NCBI GenBank assembly: GCA_001724265.1
Contig: MEDY01000350.1
Span: forward strand, 1 to 43,189
Source of the DNA: Rhizaria sp. SCN 62-66
Taxonomy: Eukaryota
Direction of reading: 5' to 3'
Length of the DNA: 43,189 bases
Each line of letters begins with the position of its first letter. Within the stretch, counting starts at the first letter, position 1. Below the pieces are notes generated by a model. The model worked only from the letters and a program-made list of their open reading frames with translations. It had not been told where the DNA came from and did no database searches. Below, one piece after another: positions 1-11,359 of the stretch. A program made the translations under genes and the position numbers.

Positions 1-44
<44 letters not shown>

Positions 45-62
45 CACACACACACACACACA
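1..62. repeat. (CA)n microsatellite with one CG interruption, probably inside the first intron of the TypA/BipA gene
   Basis: Directly visible dinucleotide run, truncated by the window edge. Confidence 0.97.
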
Positions 63-153
63 AAGAAAAAGACAAATGAAAGAAAAAAAGTGAGTTCAAA
101 GTCCAGAGTTAAGTCAATTGATTGTGAGAGATTAGATTCTCTTGTTTCGTAAT

Positions 154-180
154 AAAGATAGCAAAGATAGCAAAGATAGC
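154..180. repeat. Three perfect tandem copies of AAAGATAGC just inside the intron 5' end
   Basis: aaagatagc at 154, 163 and 172. It explains the spurious 'AIFAIFAIF' tail in the ORF track. Confidence 0.9.
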
Positions 181-184
181 GTAC

Positions 185-936
185 CTGTCGGTGGCCCAGC
201 CGGCACGGCCCGACGCATAGACGACGGGGTACTCGAGCTGCTCGTCGTTGGCGTCAAGGTGCACGAACAGGTCAAAGATCTCGTTCTCAACCTCACCGAG
301 GCGAGCCGACGCGCGGTCCACCTTGTTGATGACGACGATGGGGCGGAGACCCTGCGCAAGGGCCTTCTTGAGCACGAACTTGGTCTGCGCCATGGGCCCC
401 TCGGTGGCGTCGACGATGAGGCAGACGCCGTCGACCATGGTCATAATACGCTCGACCTCGCCGCCGAAGTCGGCGTGACCGGGCGTGTCGACGATGTTGA
501 TCTGGAACTTGTCGTCAGGCGCGTCGGGGCGGTTGTAAACGATTGAGGTGGCCTTGGCGAGGATGGTGATACCGCGCTCACGCTCGAGGGTGTTACTGTC
601 CATGAGACGGACCTCGCCCGCGGCGCTAGCGGTGCCGACCGTCGACAGCAGAGAGTCAACCATCGTGGTCTTGCCGTGATCGACGTGGGCGATGACGGCG
701 ACGTTGCGCAGCTGCTTCACGGGGAGCTGCATCGTGTCCGCGGCGGTGCCCGTGGAGCTCGCGGCCGTCGCGTCAGTCGCGAACGAACGGGCGTTGGCGT
801 TGGTAGCGGCAGCGACGACAGCAGAACGGACGGACGAGCTGCGAGAGAGCTTAGCAGCAGTGCTCAGGAGAGAGCTGCTGCAACCGCTGGAGCGCGCGAC
901 GGCAGAGGTGGCCGCCTTGGAAAGCCCACGGAACAT
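185..936 (-). CDS. typA: TypA/BipA translational GTPase, exon 1 (3'-partial), with a probable mitochondrial presequence
   Basis: [15 protein letters not shown] (G1), [17 protein letters not shown] (G2), [14 protein letters not shown] (G3), NKVD (G4) and the BipA-typical [31 protein letters not shown] at 936 gives MFRGLSKAA..., Arg/Ser/Ala-rich with no acidic residue for about 50 aa. Donor AG|GTACGC at 184. Confidence 0.93.
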
Positions 937-1612
937 CGTCTGGCTGTACACGACAACAGAGCAAAAGAAACGAAAAGAATCAGAGCCGGGGTTGCGGGGA
1001 GTTGGAGTCGCAGCGGAAGGTTGAGGTTTGGAGGAATATAGCACGAGTGGAGGAGTGCGGAGAAAGGGCAGAAGAATAAGTAGATAGAAACAAGAACGGT
1101 CAAAAGATTGGTAAGAAAACAGAAAGGGAATGAGAGGAAAGGAAAGAAGGCGGATGGAAAAGCGGGAAATGCAAACGGAGGAGTGTGAAAGTGCGAAGGG
1201 GACGCGCTTTTACAGAAGTCTTAAGGGCATAGACAAGTGAACACCACAGCGTGAAAATACACGGCATACAAAACACGACAAAAAGGCTATTCCCATCATC
1301 TCCATGCTTGTCATTCAATGATACAGCCAGATAAATCATACCCGAGAAGTGCCGAGAGAGCTCTGACTGAGAGCACGCCTACTTCATTCGGTCAAACGCA
1401 ATTCGACTAAAAGGATTACACGATCGGCCTGTCAACGGCTGTGGCGGCAAGGCCAAGACTGTTTGTGGTGGGGATGACCTTGACACATTTCTTGAAAGCA
1501 CCTCGCCGTGAAATCTCCGTCTATCGCTATGTGACTGACATAACATGTATATAATAGCTTAAACGCGTTTTTTTATTCTCAAAACCGTGTTTCCCTGCTT
1601 TAGCCGCGCGCC

Positions 1613-2992
1613 ATGTCATCAGAAAAGGACTCGCCGCCCCACGCCGCAGTTATCACCCCCTGTGCATCCCTCCGCACGTCACCGCGCGGTCTCACCGTGC
1701 GCCCTATCTCCCTGGCCGACGCGCCGGCCATTTTTGCCTACTCGCGCAACAACCGCGTGGCCGATATGGCTGGTTTCCCCGCCGCGCGCAGTGTGGCCGA
1801 CACGGACGCGTTTCTGGAGGGAGCTCTCAGTCGGCCCCCGCTGCGTCTCTATGGGATCGTCGTCCCCACAGCGACGGTCAAACCCACCACAACTGCGGCG
1901 TTGACAGCCAGCAAAGCGTTGTTGGGTGCGTCCGGCAGTACGAAAGAGCGGTTGGTCGGCACAGTTTCGGTCGAGAGGGCTAAATGCCCCATCTTCCGCA
2001 AAAACAAGAGCAATTCGACCACTCTTTCCACAGCCACAACCACAACAACGAGCAGCAACATGTGCCCCAGCGAGTTTAAGTACGACATCCCAGCTGAGCT
2101 GCAGCAGTACAAGAGCCTACCGCAGCTGTGCATCGGGTATGCGCTTGATGAGGCTTACTGGGGCCAAGGCATCGCGACCGAGGCCATCTCGACCGTGCTC
2201 ACCGCGCTCTTCGCGTCTAAGGGCGTACTTACATTGCCCGAGGATCACGACGACGACGCTGCTGTTGAGGAACGCTCTTCCGGTGTGAAGAGCGAGAAAT
2301 GGGAGTGTATTAGCGACGGTCCGGTGTTGCTGTGGGCCTCTGTGTTCACGGATAACCCCGCTTCACAGAATGTGCTGCGGAAAATGGGCCTGAAACAAGT
2401 CCTCACGCAGCAACCAAAGAAGAGTCATGATGGCAGCAGTGGCCGTAGTAACAAGTGCAGATGTGAGTGCCACGACAAGAGCAAGAGCTCTGCAACTACT
2501 GATGCTGCGACGAAAGACTCAGAATCATCATCATCGTCGTCATCGTCATCGTCGTCGTCGTCGTCGTTTTTGTCGTCACTGTTTTGCTGCTGCTCACAGT
2601 CACCTCCCGACGACGACTCACAGTCATTCGCGAAGAGCAGCTCACAGTCAGCATGTTGTCCCAAGTGCGCACAGTCGCAGGCAGGATCACAATCCCAGTC
2701 CCAGCCGCAGCCGCAGTCAGCTGAGTCTGCAGCGGCCGCGAAGGCTGAGTCAGTGGAGATTGAGTTATTGCCGGTGACGACTGCGGCGGCCACCGCGACG
2801 ACTGCGACCGGGAATACGACTGGGACTGGGACGGGGACGAGAGCTAATGCTGGGAGTAAGTCTGTTGAGGCTGGGTTTGAGCCGGTGACTGTGACGCTGA
2901 GCCAGGCGTGGTGGCCAGCGCCGAAGGATGTGTACATTTACGCTGCGGTGATCACGAAACCGACGGTTTTCCCTCTCGGAGGTGCAAAGTGA
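1613..2992 (+). CDS. GNAT acetyltransferase of RimJ/RimL (Acetyltransf_3) type with low-complexity inserts; no intron needed
   Basis: LTVRPISLADAPAIF, IGYALDEAYWGQGIATEA (acetyl-CoA motif A) and VFTDNPASQNVLRKMGLK (motif B). Ends in TGA. Confidence 0.85.
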   Translation: MSSEKDSPPHAAVITPCASLRTSPRGLTVRPISLADAPAIFAYSRNNRVADMAGFPAARSVADTDAFLEGALSRPPLRLYGIVVPTATVKPTTTAALTASKALLGASGSTKERLVGTVSVERAKCPIFRKNKSNSTTLSTATTTTTSSNMCPSEFKYDIPAELQQYKSLPQLCIGYALDEAYWGQGIATEAISTVLTALFASKGVLTLPEDHDDDAAVEERSSGVKSEKWECISDGPVLLWASVFTDNPASQNVLRKMGLKQVLTQQPKKSHDGSSGRSNKCRCECHDKSKSSATTDAATKDSESSSSSSSSSSSSSSFLSSLFCCCSQSPPDDDSQSFAKSSSQSACCPKCAQSQAGSQSQSQPQPQSAESAAAAKAESVEIELLPVTTAAATATTATGNTTGTGTGTRANAGSKSVEAGFEPVTVTLSQAWWPAPKDVYIYAAVITKPTVFPLGGAK

Positions 2993-3360
2993 AGAGAATG
3001 ACCGATGATGTGACGATTTACACTGTTGTGGTCACGAAAGCGTGTTTAATAGCACGCACGCAAGACGTCGCTTGATAACTTGAAGTCAGCTTAATTGCAC
3101 GACTCAACATTGTTTTATAAACGAAATAATTGTTTAAACTGTCCAACTGTGTATTTCCATTTAATGTCGTTGTCTTGCGTAGCAAAGCAGGCACAGATAG
3201 ATGTTCATGATATTTTACAGGGTGATGAATGTATCTGCATTCGAAAGACTAAATAAAACAAATAGTAATATAAACTGGACATGAAAGAAATCAAAAAAAC
3301 AAACACTAACTTCAACAAAAGCGATACGCCTGACATGGTGAGCTCTGGCAACGCGCTGCT

Positions 3361-3803
3361 TTAATTGTACTTTTTGCGCGGATTTTGCAGCGGATTCGGC
3401 CTTGATTCATAATTCTTCCGCATCCGATTGCGAAACGCCTCGAACTCATCCACATCCTCACCCGCCTTGTCATCACGCTCACTATTGCTCGCAGTAACGT
3501 TGCTACTGGTCGCGTGACCGGCGTTGTGGGCGTGCGAAGTGTTGTTCTGTGGAGAGTGTGCGTTGTTTTGCTCGTAACGCCGTGCCTGTTGCGCGTACTG
3601 CTTGTCGGCCGCGGCTCGACCCAGACCGGCGTGGTGAGGGCGTTGAAAGACCTCCACGATCCCCAAGTCACGCCTCTGCTGCTGGTACTGCTGGTACTGC
3701 TGGGACGGCTGGCCGTGACCGTGAGCAGCGGAGTGACCGTGAGCGATGCCATGGGGACGTACATGAGATGCACTTGGAGTGGCATCAGAATCAATAGCAG
3801 CAT

Positions 3804-3834
<31 letters not shown>

Positions 3835-6597
3835 CGGAGACGCATTCACATGAATGCTATTGAGACTACTACTGCTAATGCTGCTGCCGCGAGCACTAGC
3901 GGGGCTGGGACTGTGACTCTGGCTCTGACCAGTGTCACCTGTCGCTGTCTCAGTCGTCGTAGCGGGAGTGACTGTGAGCACGTAGCCACTTACACCAGCC
4001 CCACTTACATTCTCACCCCCACCTACATTCTCGCCACTAGTCGCACTTACATGAGCAGCACTTCCATGCGTACCATCTGCACGAGTCCCTTCACGATTAC
4101 TGGAGTTGTGATGAGAAGTATAGCCGCCGCTAGTGGCCGTGGGCAGGAGGGGTTTGCCCAGCCCTTGCCCCTCCCGCCACCCCATTTTGAGCATCAGCAT
4201 CCGGCCTTTGTTGTGGGGATCGGTCAACCTCGCGCCGCCGGGGGCCGCGAGGGGCGCGGTTGCAAGCGGGGGCACACTCGATTGCGACTGCAACTGCGAG
4301 GCGTTCGAAGCTTCGGTCGCAGTAGCAGTCGCCGCAGGAGTTTTAGCAGTTGCGGTTGCGTTGGCAGCGAGGGAGTTTGCGATTGCGAGGGCCTTGGCCA
4401 ACGCGTCATCAGTGTTGGCCTTCGCCGAGCCCACACTCGGACTCGCAGACGCAGGCGCATTGGGATGGGCATTCACAGTCGCATCCACGGGCGCAGTAGC
4501 AGAAGCATTATTAGCAGAAGCATGATTAGCAAAAGCATTATCAGCGTGAACGTTCACGTGACCGTGACCGTTAGCGTCAACAGCGTTTGCGAGAATGTGA
4601 GTGCGAATATTGGAAGAATCAGCGTCTTGATACAGCCCAGGGTACTGAGGGTTGCTCGGCATGAAAGTACCCTGACCATGATGGTAAGTACCCTGCGGGT
4701 AAGCACCCTGCGGCGGAGGCGGCGGGTAAGCACCTTGGTTGTAAGGGCTTTGAGGGTAAGCACCCTGCTGCGGGTAAGGACCCTGATGGTTGTTGTAAGG
4801 ACCCTGCGGCGGGTAAATACCCTGCACAGGGTAAGGACCAGAAGGGTAAGTACCAGGAGGGTAAGTCGCAGAAACAGGATGGCCCTGATTATACCCCTGA
4901 GCACTTACAGGCTGTAAGTAATGGTGGTGGTGCGGCGGGTAGGTAGCTTGGTTGGAAGGGTAAGGGTAATGGTGAGGGTGCGCATGGCCGTAATTGTAAG
5001 TACCCTGCTGCTGCTGATGCAGCTGCTGCTGCTGCAGCTGCTGCTGCTGCAGCTGCTGCTGCTGTTGCTGATGATGAGGATAGTAAGGACCCTGGGGAGG
5101 GTAAGGGTACTGTTGCTGCTGTTGTTGCTGCGGCCAATAAGGCGGCTGCAGCTGCGGCTGCTGATGTTGATTCATATACGCATTCGGAGCACTGGTATCA
5201 TGCTGATTTGAGTGAATCGCTTGATGCTGCTTTTTAGGCTGAAACGCTTGTGAATTGAGTGCATTATAGTCTAAAAAGCCGATATTCACACCCCGCACCA
5301 TCCCCGTCTCCTCATCACGGTCGACGCGCACCGAAGTTAAGCCGCTCAGACGAGAAACTAAGCCGCGGTCGTCGTCGGAAGTCAGGCCGCCGCCGCACTT
5401 GTGGCGGCTTCGGTAGTCGTAATAATCATCGTCATCATCACTATCAGCGTTGCTGCTGTTGTTGTTGTTACTCGAGTCGTATTCATAGTTAAACTTATCA
5501 GTAGCATTCTTGCTTTTGCTCGAAATGAGGCCGAGGCCAGCCCTGCTTTTACTCGAGCTGTTATTGGTATTGTTATTATTGTTGCTGCTGTTGTTGCTGA
5601 TACTAGCATTAGCAATGCTGCTGCTGCGGCCAAACCAACTACTAGTGCTACTGCTACTGCTACTGCCATTATTAGTATTATTGATGTTGTCGTTGTCGGT
5701 ATTATTAGTGCTTGACTCGCCCTTAGACGTTGCCGATGTAAGTACCCCTTGTTGTTGTAAGTAGTTCTCGAACCGTGCCCCCCGCCTCCGTAATACGACG
5801 TCAACATCGTCGCCATCTGCTGGCTCAGCAGTTTCCCCATTGCTCATAGTCGCAGTTGCAGTTGCAGTCGTAGCAGCAGCAGCGGCAGTTGCAGCAGTTA
5901 GAGCAGAAACAGCAGCAGTATTAGCCTGAGCAGTAGCACTAGCGTTGACTCTATCACTGGAAACAGGGTTATTGTCACTGGTAGCATTGGCGATAGAGTT
6001 ATTCGCTGTGATTAATGATTGAAAGTAGAGATATCCTACTGATTCGGTGTCAAATAGCCACTTAAACAGTGGGTTATCAGCGTTCTTTTGCTTGACGACT
6101 TGAATGAAAGCCGGCCCCTTAGATTTGACGAAGTTGGCTAAGTGTTCGATGGAACCACGTTCTTTCGCGTCAGAAGGAGGCTGCGGAAGCTGTGGCACAG
6201 ATGCTGCCGTGGCTGGTGTCTCAACAGGAGCAGCAGCAGTCGAAACAGGAGCAGTAGAGGCAGCAGGAGCAGGAGCGAAAGCCTAGAGAAGAGAAACAAA
6301 AGACACACTTATGAGAGCATACAAAGGCTTATATGTACAAATTCATTATAAAACATATTTTAACAAGTCTAGAACACTATGTCCATGCGTTGTTATAAAA
6401 TGCTGCCATTAAGACTCTTAAACATGGTATAAAGTGAAACGCACCTGAAAGACTGCGGCGGTGCCAGCTTTGACTGGGGGCCGGGCCGCATTTGTGCCTG
6501 CCGCCGAGCTGAGGTTAATGCGCAGCTTTACGGGCTGTTGCGGCGGGGGCGCGGGGGCCGCGGGTGGGGGCGAGGAAGGGTTTGGTGTTGGCTGCAT
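3361..6597 (-). CDS. SUGP1: SURP and G-patch domain splicing factor (SUGP1/SF4-like); exons 6597-6445 and 6282-3361
   Basis: SURP IEHLANFVKSKGPAF...NPLFKWLFD, G-patch NKGRMLMLKMGWREGQGLG, and the SUGP1-type C-terminus DEFEAFRNRMRKNYESRPNPLQNPRKKY. A phase-0 intron joins a 51-codon first exon in frame. Ends in TAA. Confidence 0.9.
4684..4920 (-). repeat. Degenerate coding tandem repeat encoding QG[A/P/T]YP units
   Basis: Repeated ggtaag(c/t/g)accc units on the + strand translate on the - strand as QGAYP/QGPYP/QGTYH. Confidence 0.8.
6283..6444 (-). other. Spliceosomal intron, 162 nt, phase 0
   Basis: CAG|GTGCGT...TTCTCTTCTCTAG|GCT; AT-rich; frame conserved. Confidence 0.88.
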
Positions 6598-7283
6598 AGA
6601 GCAAAGCGGGGCGTGACACGATCACGCGAAGATGGGATCAAACAACAAGGACGAGATAGAAAAACAAAGAGTGTACGCGAAATACAAACGAAAATAGCGC
6701 TAAATATGCGCTTGTGGTACTGAATATCGCTTTAGAACTAATGGAAAGAAAGGAAAATGCAAAGGGTTCAAGTTATCGTGGCCAAAGCCGAAGGGAAAGA
6801 GAAGCTGCTTCGAGAGCAAGAGTGGGGAGGTTGGGGGTAACAGGGGGTGGATTTGAGCTTCATAAACACAAACAGAAAACGCATGAAGCAAGTAAAAGCA
6901 TGAAAGCTAATTATTCTCTATCATACTCGCGCGCTATGCGCACAGCACGACGGGAATACTGTTTTTAGCATGTGATTTAGTCCGTGATTGCTCGGTCCGT
7001 GTGACTGTGGGGGCTGGCGACCGTTTGGAGGCTGCGGGCGGGGGAGCATCGAAGAGGGTTTCATTTGCAGCAATCTGGCGTCATTCCGCCGACAATACCG
7101 TCGAAGGTCGTCTCATTGTATATCACCTCTACCGATCTGATATAACTTTTGATTAAACCTCTCCACGACCTTTGCTTCCTGGTCTCCAGCCAAGTAGCGG
7201 AATCCGTCTCGCAGAGCAAGCCCCTCGCCCCCCGCCCCCCGCGCGCGCTTTTCAATATCCACGCCCTCACGTCAGCAACCCCG

Positions 7284-9029
7284 ATGTCCTCGTCGTTCCC
7301 CCTGCTCGCGCGTGACCTCCCGGCGCTGTTTCTCGCCAACGCGATTTCGGCCCGCGAGACCTACTCGTCTCTCTACGCCCGTCCCGCCCCAGAACTCCCA
7401 GAGTCGTACGTCACTTTGCCTCGATATATCGCAACAATCCCTTCTCTTCTTCACATCCTAACGGGCCTAAATCAACTGTTCACTCACTTTTGTTTTCATT
7501 TCCGTTTGATTTATTTCGCTTTGGGGATATCTTAAAGACATCTGAGTTATGCCGTGATGCTCAACAGCGAGTATGGCGAAGTCAAAGACTCGAAACGCCC
7601 CACTGCCGCAACGGCCTCCAAAGCCTCTGTCGCATCCGCTTCTTCTGCCTTTGTAGCCGACGGCGATGACGAGGAGGACTATGACACCTCCCGCAGCGGC
7701 TCTAAACGCTCCAAGGCCACCGCTAACAACAACAGCAGCAGCAGTAAGACTGACGTAGTCACTGCGGACTCCATCTCTGCTCTGTTTGCGACCCTTCCCG
7801 GCGCCGCCTCAGCCGCCTCCGCCGCCAACAACAACGCGACTGCGAGTACTCATAGCTCGAGCTCAAGCTCAGTTGTTCTCCGTGGTAGTAGCAATGGAAC
7901 CTCTGCCGCCCACGGTCACTCACTCGTTCTCTCCAACACGGACCCCAGCAGCTCCAGCAGTAGCAGTAGTAGCTTGGTGCCGAGGGGCGCTGCGACCGAC
8001 GCCATCGCCCGCAAACGCGCCCTCCGGTCCCGTCAGCCGCAGTGGCACGCGCCGTGGGAGCTGCGCCGCGTCATCACCGGCGGCCACCAGGGCTGGGTGC
8101 GATGCATCGCCGTGGACCCAGCGAACGAGTGGTTCGCCACGGGCGCCGCCGACCGGATGATCAAAATCTGGGATCTGGCGTCGGGGACGCTGAAGCTTTC
8201 GCTCACGGGCCACGTGGCGACTGTAAGGGGGCTGGATGTAAGTACCCGACACCCGTACCTGTTCTCCGCGTCGGAGGATAAAGAGGTCAAATGCTGGGAT
8301 TTGGAGCAGAACCACGTCGTGCGTAACTATCATGGCCACATCTCCGCCGTCACCACAGTCAAAGTCCACCCTGAGCTCGATCTCATCGTCACCGGCGGCC
8401 GCGACTCAAGTGTGAGGGTCTGGGACATGCGGTCTAAGCATTGCGTCCGCACGCTCGTCGGTCACAAGGGCGCCATCTCCTCGCTCGCGGCGCTGCCGAC
8501 AGACCCCCAGGTCGTCTCGGGCAGCGCGGACGGAACCGTCCGGCTCTGGGACATCGCCAGCGGCAAAACCGCCGTCACCCTAACCCACCACAAGAAGTCA
8601 GTCCGCGCCCTCGCGGTCCACCCGACGCAAAACGCCTTCATCTCCGCCTCCACGGACAGCATTCGGGCCTGGAAGCTGCCCGAGGGGGCCTTCATGCGGC
8701 AATGCGCCGGTCACGACGACGTCGTCAACGGCGTCGCAGTCAACAGCGGCGGCGTCCTAGCGGCCGGCTGCGACAACGGCCGCATTTCGCTCTGGGACTG
8801 GAGCACCGGCCACTGCTTCCAGACCCTGTGGATGCCACCGCAGCCCGGGTCCCTCGAGTCTGAACGCGGCATTTTTGACTGCGTGTTTGACCGCACGGGT
8901 ACCCGCCTGATCACGGCTGAGGCAGATAAGACAATCAAGGTTTTTGGTGAGAACCTGAAAGCCACGGAGCAGAGCCACCCAGTCAAGTTCGACGCTGCCG
9001 CGCACGTGCGCAAGATGCGCGGCGAGTGA
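7284..9029 (+). CDS. PLRG1: Pleiotropic regulator 1 / Prp46, WD40 subunit of the Prp19/NTC complex; exons 7284-7405 and 7538-9029
   Basis: [59 protein letters not shown] and [13 protein letters not shown]...[12 protein letters not shown] are family hallmarks. Splicing gives [21 protein letters not shown], resembling the PLRG1 N-terminus. Ends in TGA. Confidence 0.96.
7406..7537 (+). other. Spliceosomal intron, 132 nt, phase 2
   Basis: TC|GTACGT...TTAAAG|A; removes the in-frame TAA at 7533. Confidence 0.82.
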
Positions 9030-9660
9030 GCAAATGTAAGTGTATTTGTAAGGTGGTACTTACATACGTAAAGGGGCTGGCGACTTGAAAAACGCATTCG
9101 ACTTGAAGTTATGATAGAAAATAACAACGAATGTATTGTTTTAGAAGATGGCCAGGGAGGTGATATAAACTGGAAAGTCTATGTTTATTTGTGGAATACA
9201 AAGAATAATGTTTTATTATAAGTCAGTCAAGCGATGCTTTGTAATTCTATGGTTAACTTGTGATTAAGCACGTCGTTCGTATTATGAGAGTGTATTTAGG
9301 AGTCCTTAAGAAAAGAGACGAAACACAAGAAAGAAAGAATAACGAAAAATAAAGAACAAACTCTGGCCATACAACAGTAACTTGTTGTAACAGCGAAGCA
9401 AAGATACATGCAAAGTCAAACGAGAACGAAAAAGTCTGCTGCTTTTGTGTTCCAGTCAAAACATCAGACTTTTCACAAACGTACTTAAGTATTCACAATA
9501 AAAATCGCTTCTGCCAAACCACTTTGCGGATCTTTGTTTGCCGTCATTATTGCCACAATGCTGCGTTATATCCCACCGCAAAGTGGACATTGATCGCGTT
9601 TTCGAGTGATTTAGCGCACGTTGAGCGTGTTCCTTGTGTTTTCACTGCGTTTTTCTCACC

Positions 9661-9760
9661 AGTCACGGTCACTCCGTGTGTTTAGTGTTTAACTCACGGT
9701 CACTCAGTGTGTTTTCACGGTGCTTTCACTTAGTCAGTGTGTGTTGCTCACGGTCACTCA
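9661..9760. repeat. Degenerate ~25-30 bp tandem repeat (TCACGGTCACTCAGTGTGTT-like) in the Sec62 3' flank
   Basis: tcacggtcactc at 9663, 9694 and 9748; partial copy at 9715. Confidence 0.75.
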
Positions 9761-9767
9761 CCACCTC

Positions 9768-11359
9768 TCAGTCAAGCTCGATGTCAACGGGCTCAGCCTT
9801 AGCCGAGGAGGCCGGACGGGGCGAATCACTGGTGCTGCTGGGCTCGGGGTTGTGGGGCGTCTCGGCGTTGTTTTCGGCCGTAGGAGGAGCAAGAGAGGGG
9901 AACATATCGTAGAGCTCCGTCGGCGACAGAATGAAGCCTAATGAAGATCAACGCAAGAGCAAGAGCAAACGGCGGCGAAAGTTAGAAAAGGATATACACA
10001 GACCAAGATGATTGAATTACGGAATAACACTTTAGGAATAGATAGAAGATAGCGAATAAATGCGTGATATAGGAGTTATTTGTCGTTAGGCTTGATAGGA
10101 AGGATATATCTCGCGATTTAGGCTTGACGTACCGGGGACATTCTCGGGCATAAAGAGTCCGAGCCAGTTGGACACTGCAATGCCAACGACGATGAACACA
10201 GCGGCGTTGAGATAGCCGAACTGCCAGCCCGACATGCCGCGGAGGTACGCCTGGACGCGGCCGGCGCAGCCAGTCGCGGGCTTAGCAGCGGTGGCGGATG
10301 ACGCGTCCTTGCTTCCGGAGAGCTTGTTGGAGGCCTCGGCAGCGATGGCGGCCTCCTCCTCGGGCGTAAGTGCGGCGCCGTCCTTCTTCTTGAGCAGGCG
10401 GAGACGTGCGGCGCGCTGAGCCTCGCGCTCCTCGCGCCAGCGCTGCTGGTGTTCGCCGCCGTAGCCGAAGAGAGGGGAGAAGGTATCGAAAAAGTCGACT
10501 TCTTCATCAAAGAGGTTGGGCATGAAGAAGAGCCCACGGAGGCCGATGATGAAGAAGCAGGGGCCAGAGACAACGTGGAAGACGATCATCGACACCAGGG
10601 TGACTAAAAAATGAAAAGAAACAAAGGGAAAAAGTGAGAGACAGAAAGCGCCAGAAGAGAGAAATGTGAGTGCGACGAGCCTCTCAGGACTAGGAGGAAG
10701 CTCACAGAGCGAAGATGGCAAGAGCGAAAATAATGATACAATAGAGTATATAGGTAACATTACAGAGATACGTGGGGGCATGTGAAGATAGTAAACGTAC
10801 TGAGGAGGATCATGGAGAGCCACCAGACAACGATGCGCATCCACACCGGCCAAATCTTGAAGCAGCAGACGAAGATGATGAACGCAATAGTGCCCAGGGC
10901 CTTGACCAGGGGAACCGACGACTTGACCTCGTACGTCCACATAAAGACGGCGTCGACGTCAAACGTCTTCTCCGAGTCGAGCTGCACGCGCAGCTCCTGC
11001 GGGGTGTCCTGCTGGCCCGCGGCAGCGGCGGCGGCGGCGGCCTTCTTGGTCAGCGTCGTTTGCTCGATGATGGGGACGACGCGGACGAAAAACTGGTCCG
11101 CGATCATCTTATCGAAAACTTCGATAACTTCATCGCGTGTGGCCGACGCGTAGGTCTTGAGAGCGGGAAAGTGGCTGACGTTGGCGTTCATGACGGCGTC
11201 GAGGATCTGCTGGCCGTGGAAGCACTCGACACGGCGGCCGAAGTTCATAATGATGCTTTCGGTCCACTTAAGACGAGAGTCCTTGCTGCGAAGCCACTCA
11301 GCCAGGGGCTGATACTGCGACACTGCGGGCGCAGCGTTTACAGGGGAAGTAGAAGACAT
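9768..11359 (-). CDS. SEC62: ER translocation protein Sec62; exons 11359-10801, 10603-10133 and 9937-9768
   Basis: RRVECFHG N-domain motif, FMWTYE...CCFKIWPVWMRIVVWWLS and FFMPNLFDEEVDFFDTFSPLF around the TM helices. Both introns are phase 1 and restore a continuous frame ending VDIELD-TGA. Confidence 0.9.
9938..10132 (-). other. Spliceosomal intron, 195 nt, phase 1
   Basis: G|GTACGT...TTCATTAG|GC; contains the in-frame TAA at 10086. Confidence 0.82.
10604..10800 (-). other. Spliceosomal intron, 197 nt, phase 1
   Basis: A|GTACGT...CATTTTTTAG|TC; joins the two Sec62-like ORFs. Confidence 0.88.

Noticed and set aside
1-62. Telomeric repeat at the window edge
   Set aside because: A simple CA microsatellite just downstream of a splice donor in an incomplete gene.
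109-1044. ORF-track boundaries for TypA/BipA
   Set aside because: The upstream start is non-ATG, and the AIFAIFAIF tail is translated intron repeat. The likely exon is 936-185.
3514-4917. 467-aa + strand ORF and many other long antisense or alternate-frame ORFs (e.g. 10772-11542, 36980-38371)
   Set aside because: Shadows of GC-rich, repeat-rich real genes, with no independent domain signal.
9661-9760. CRISPR-like array
   Set aside because: Only 3-4 short degenerate units, no unique spacers, eukaryotic context and no cas genes.
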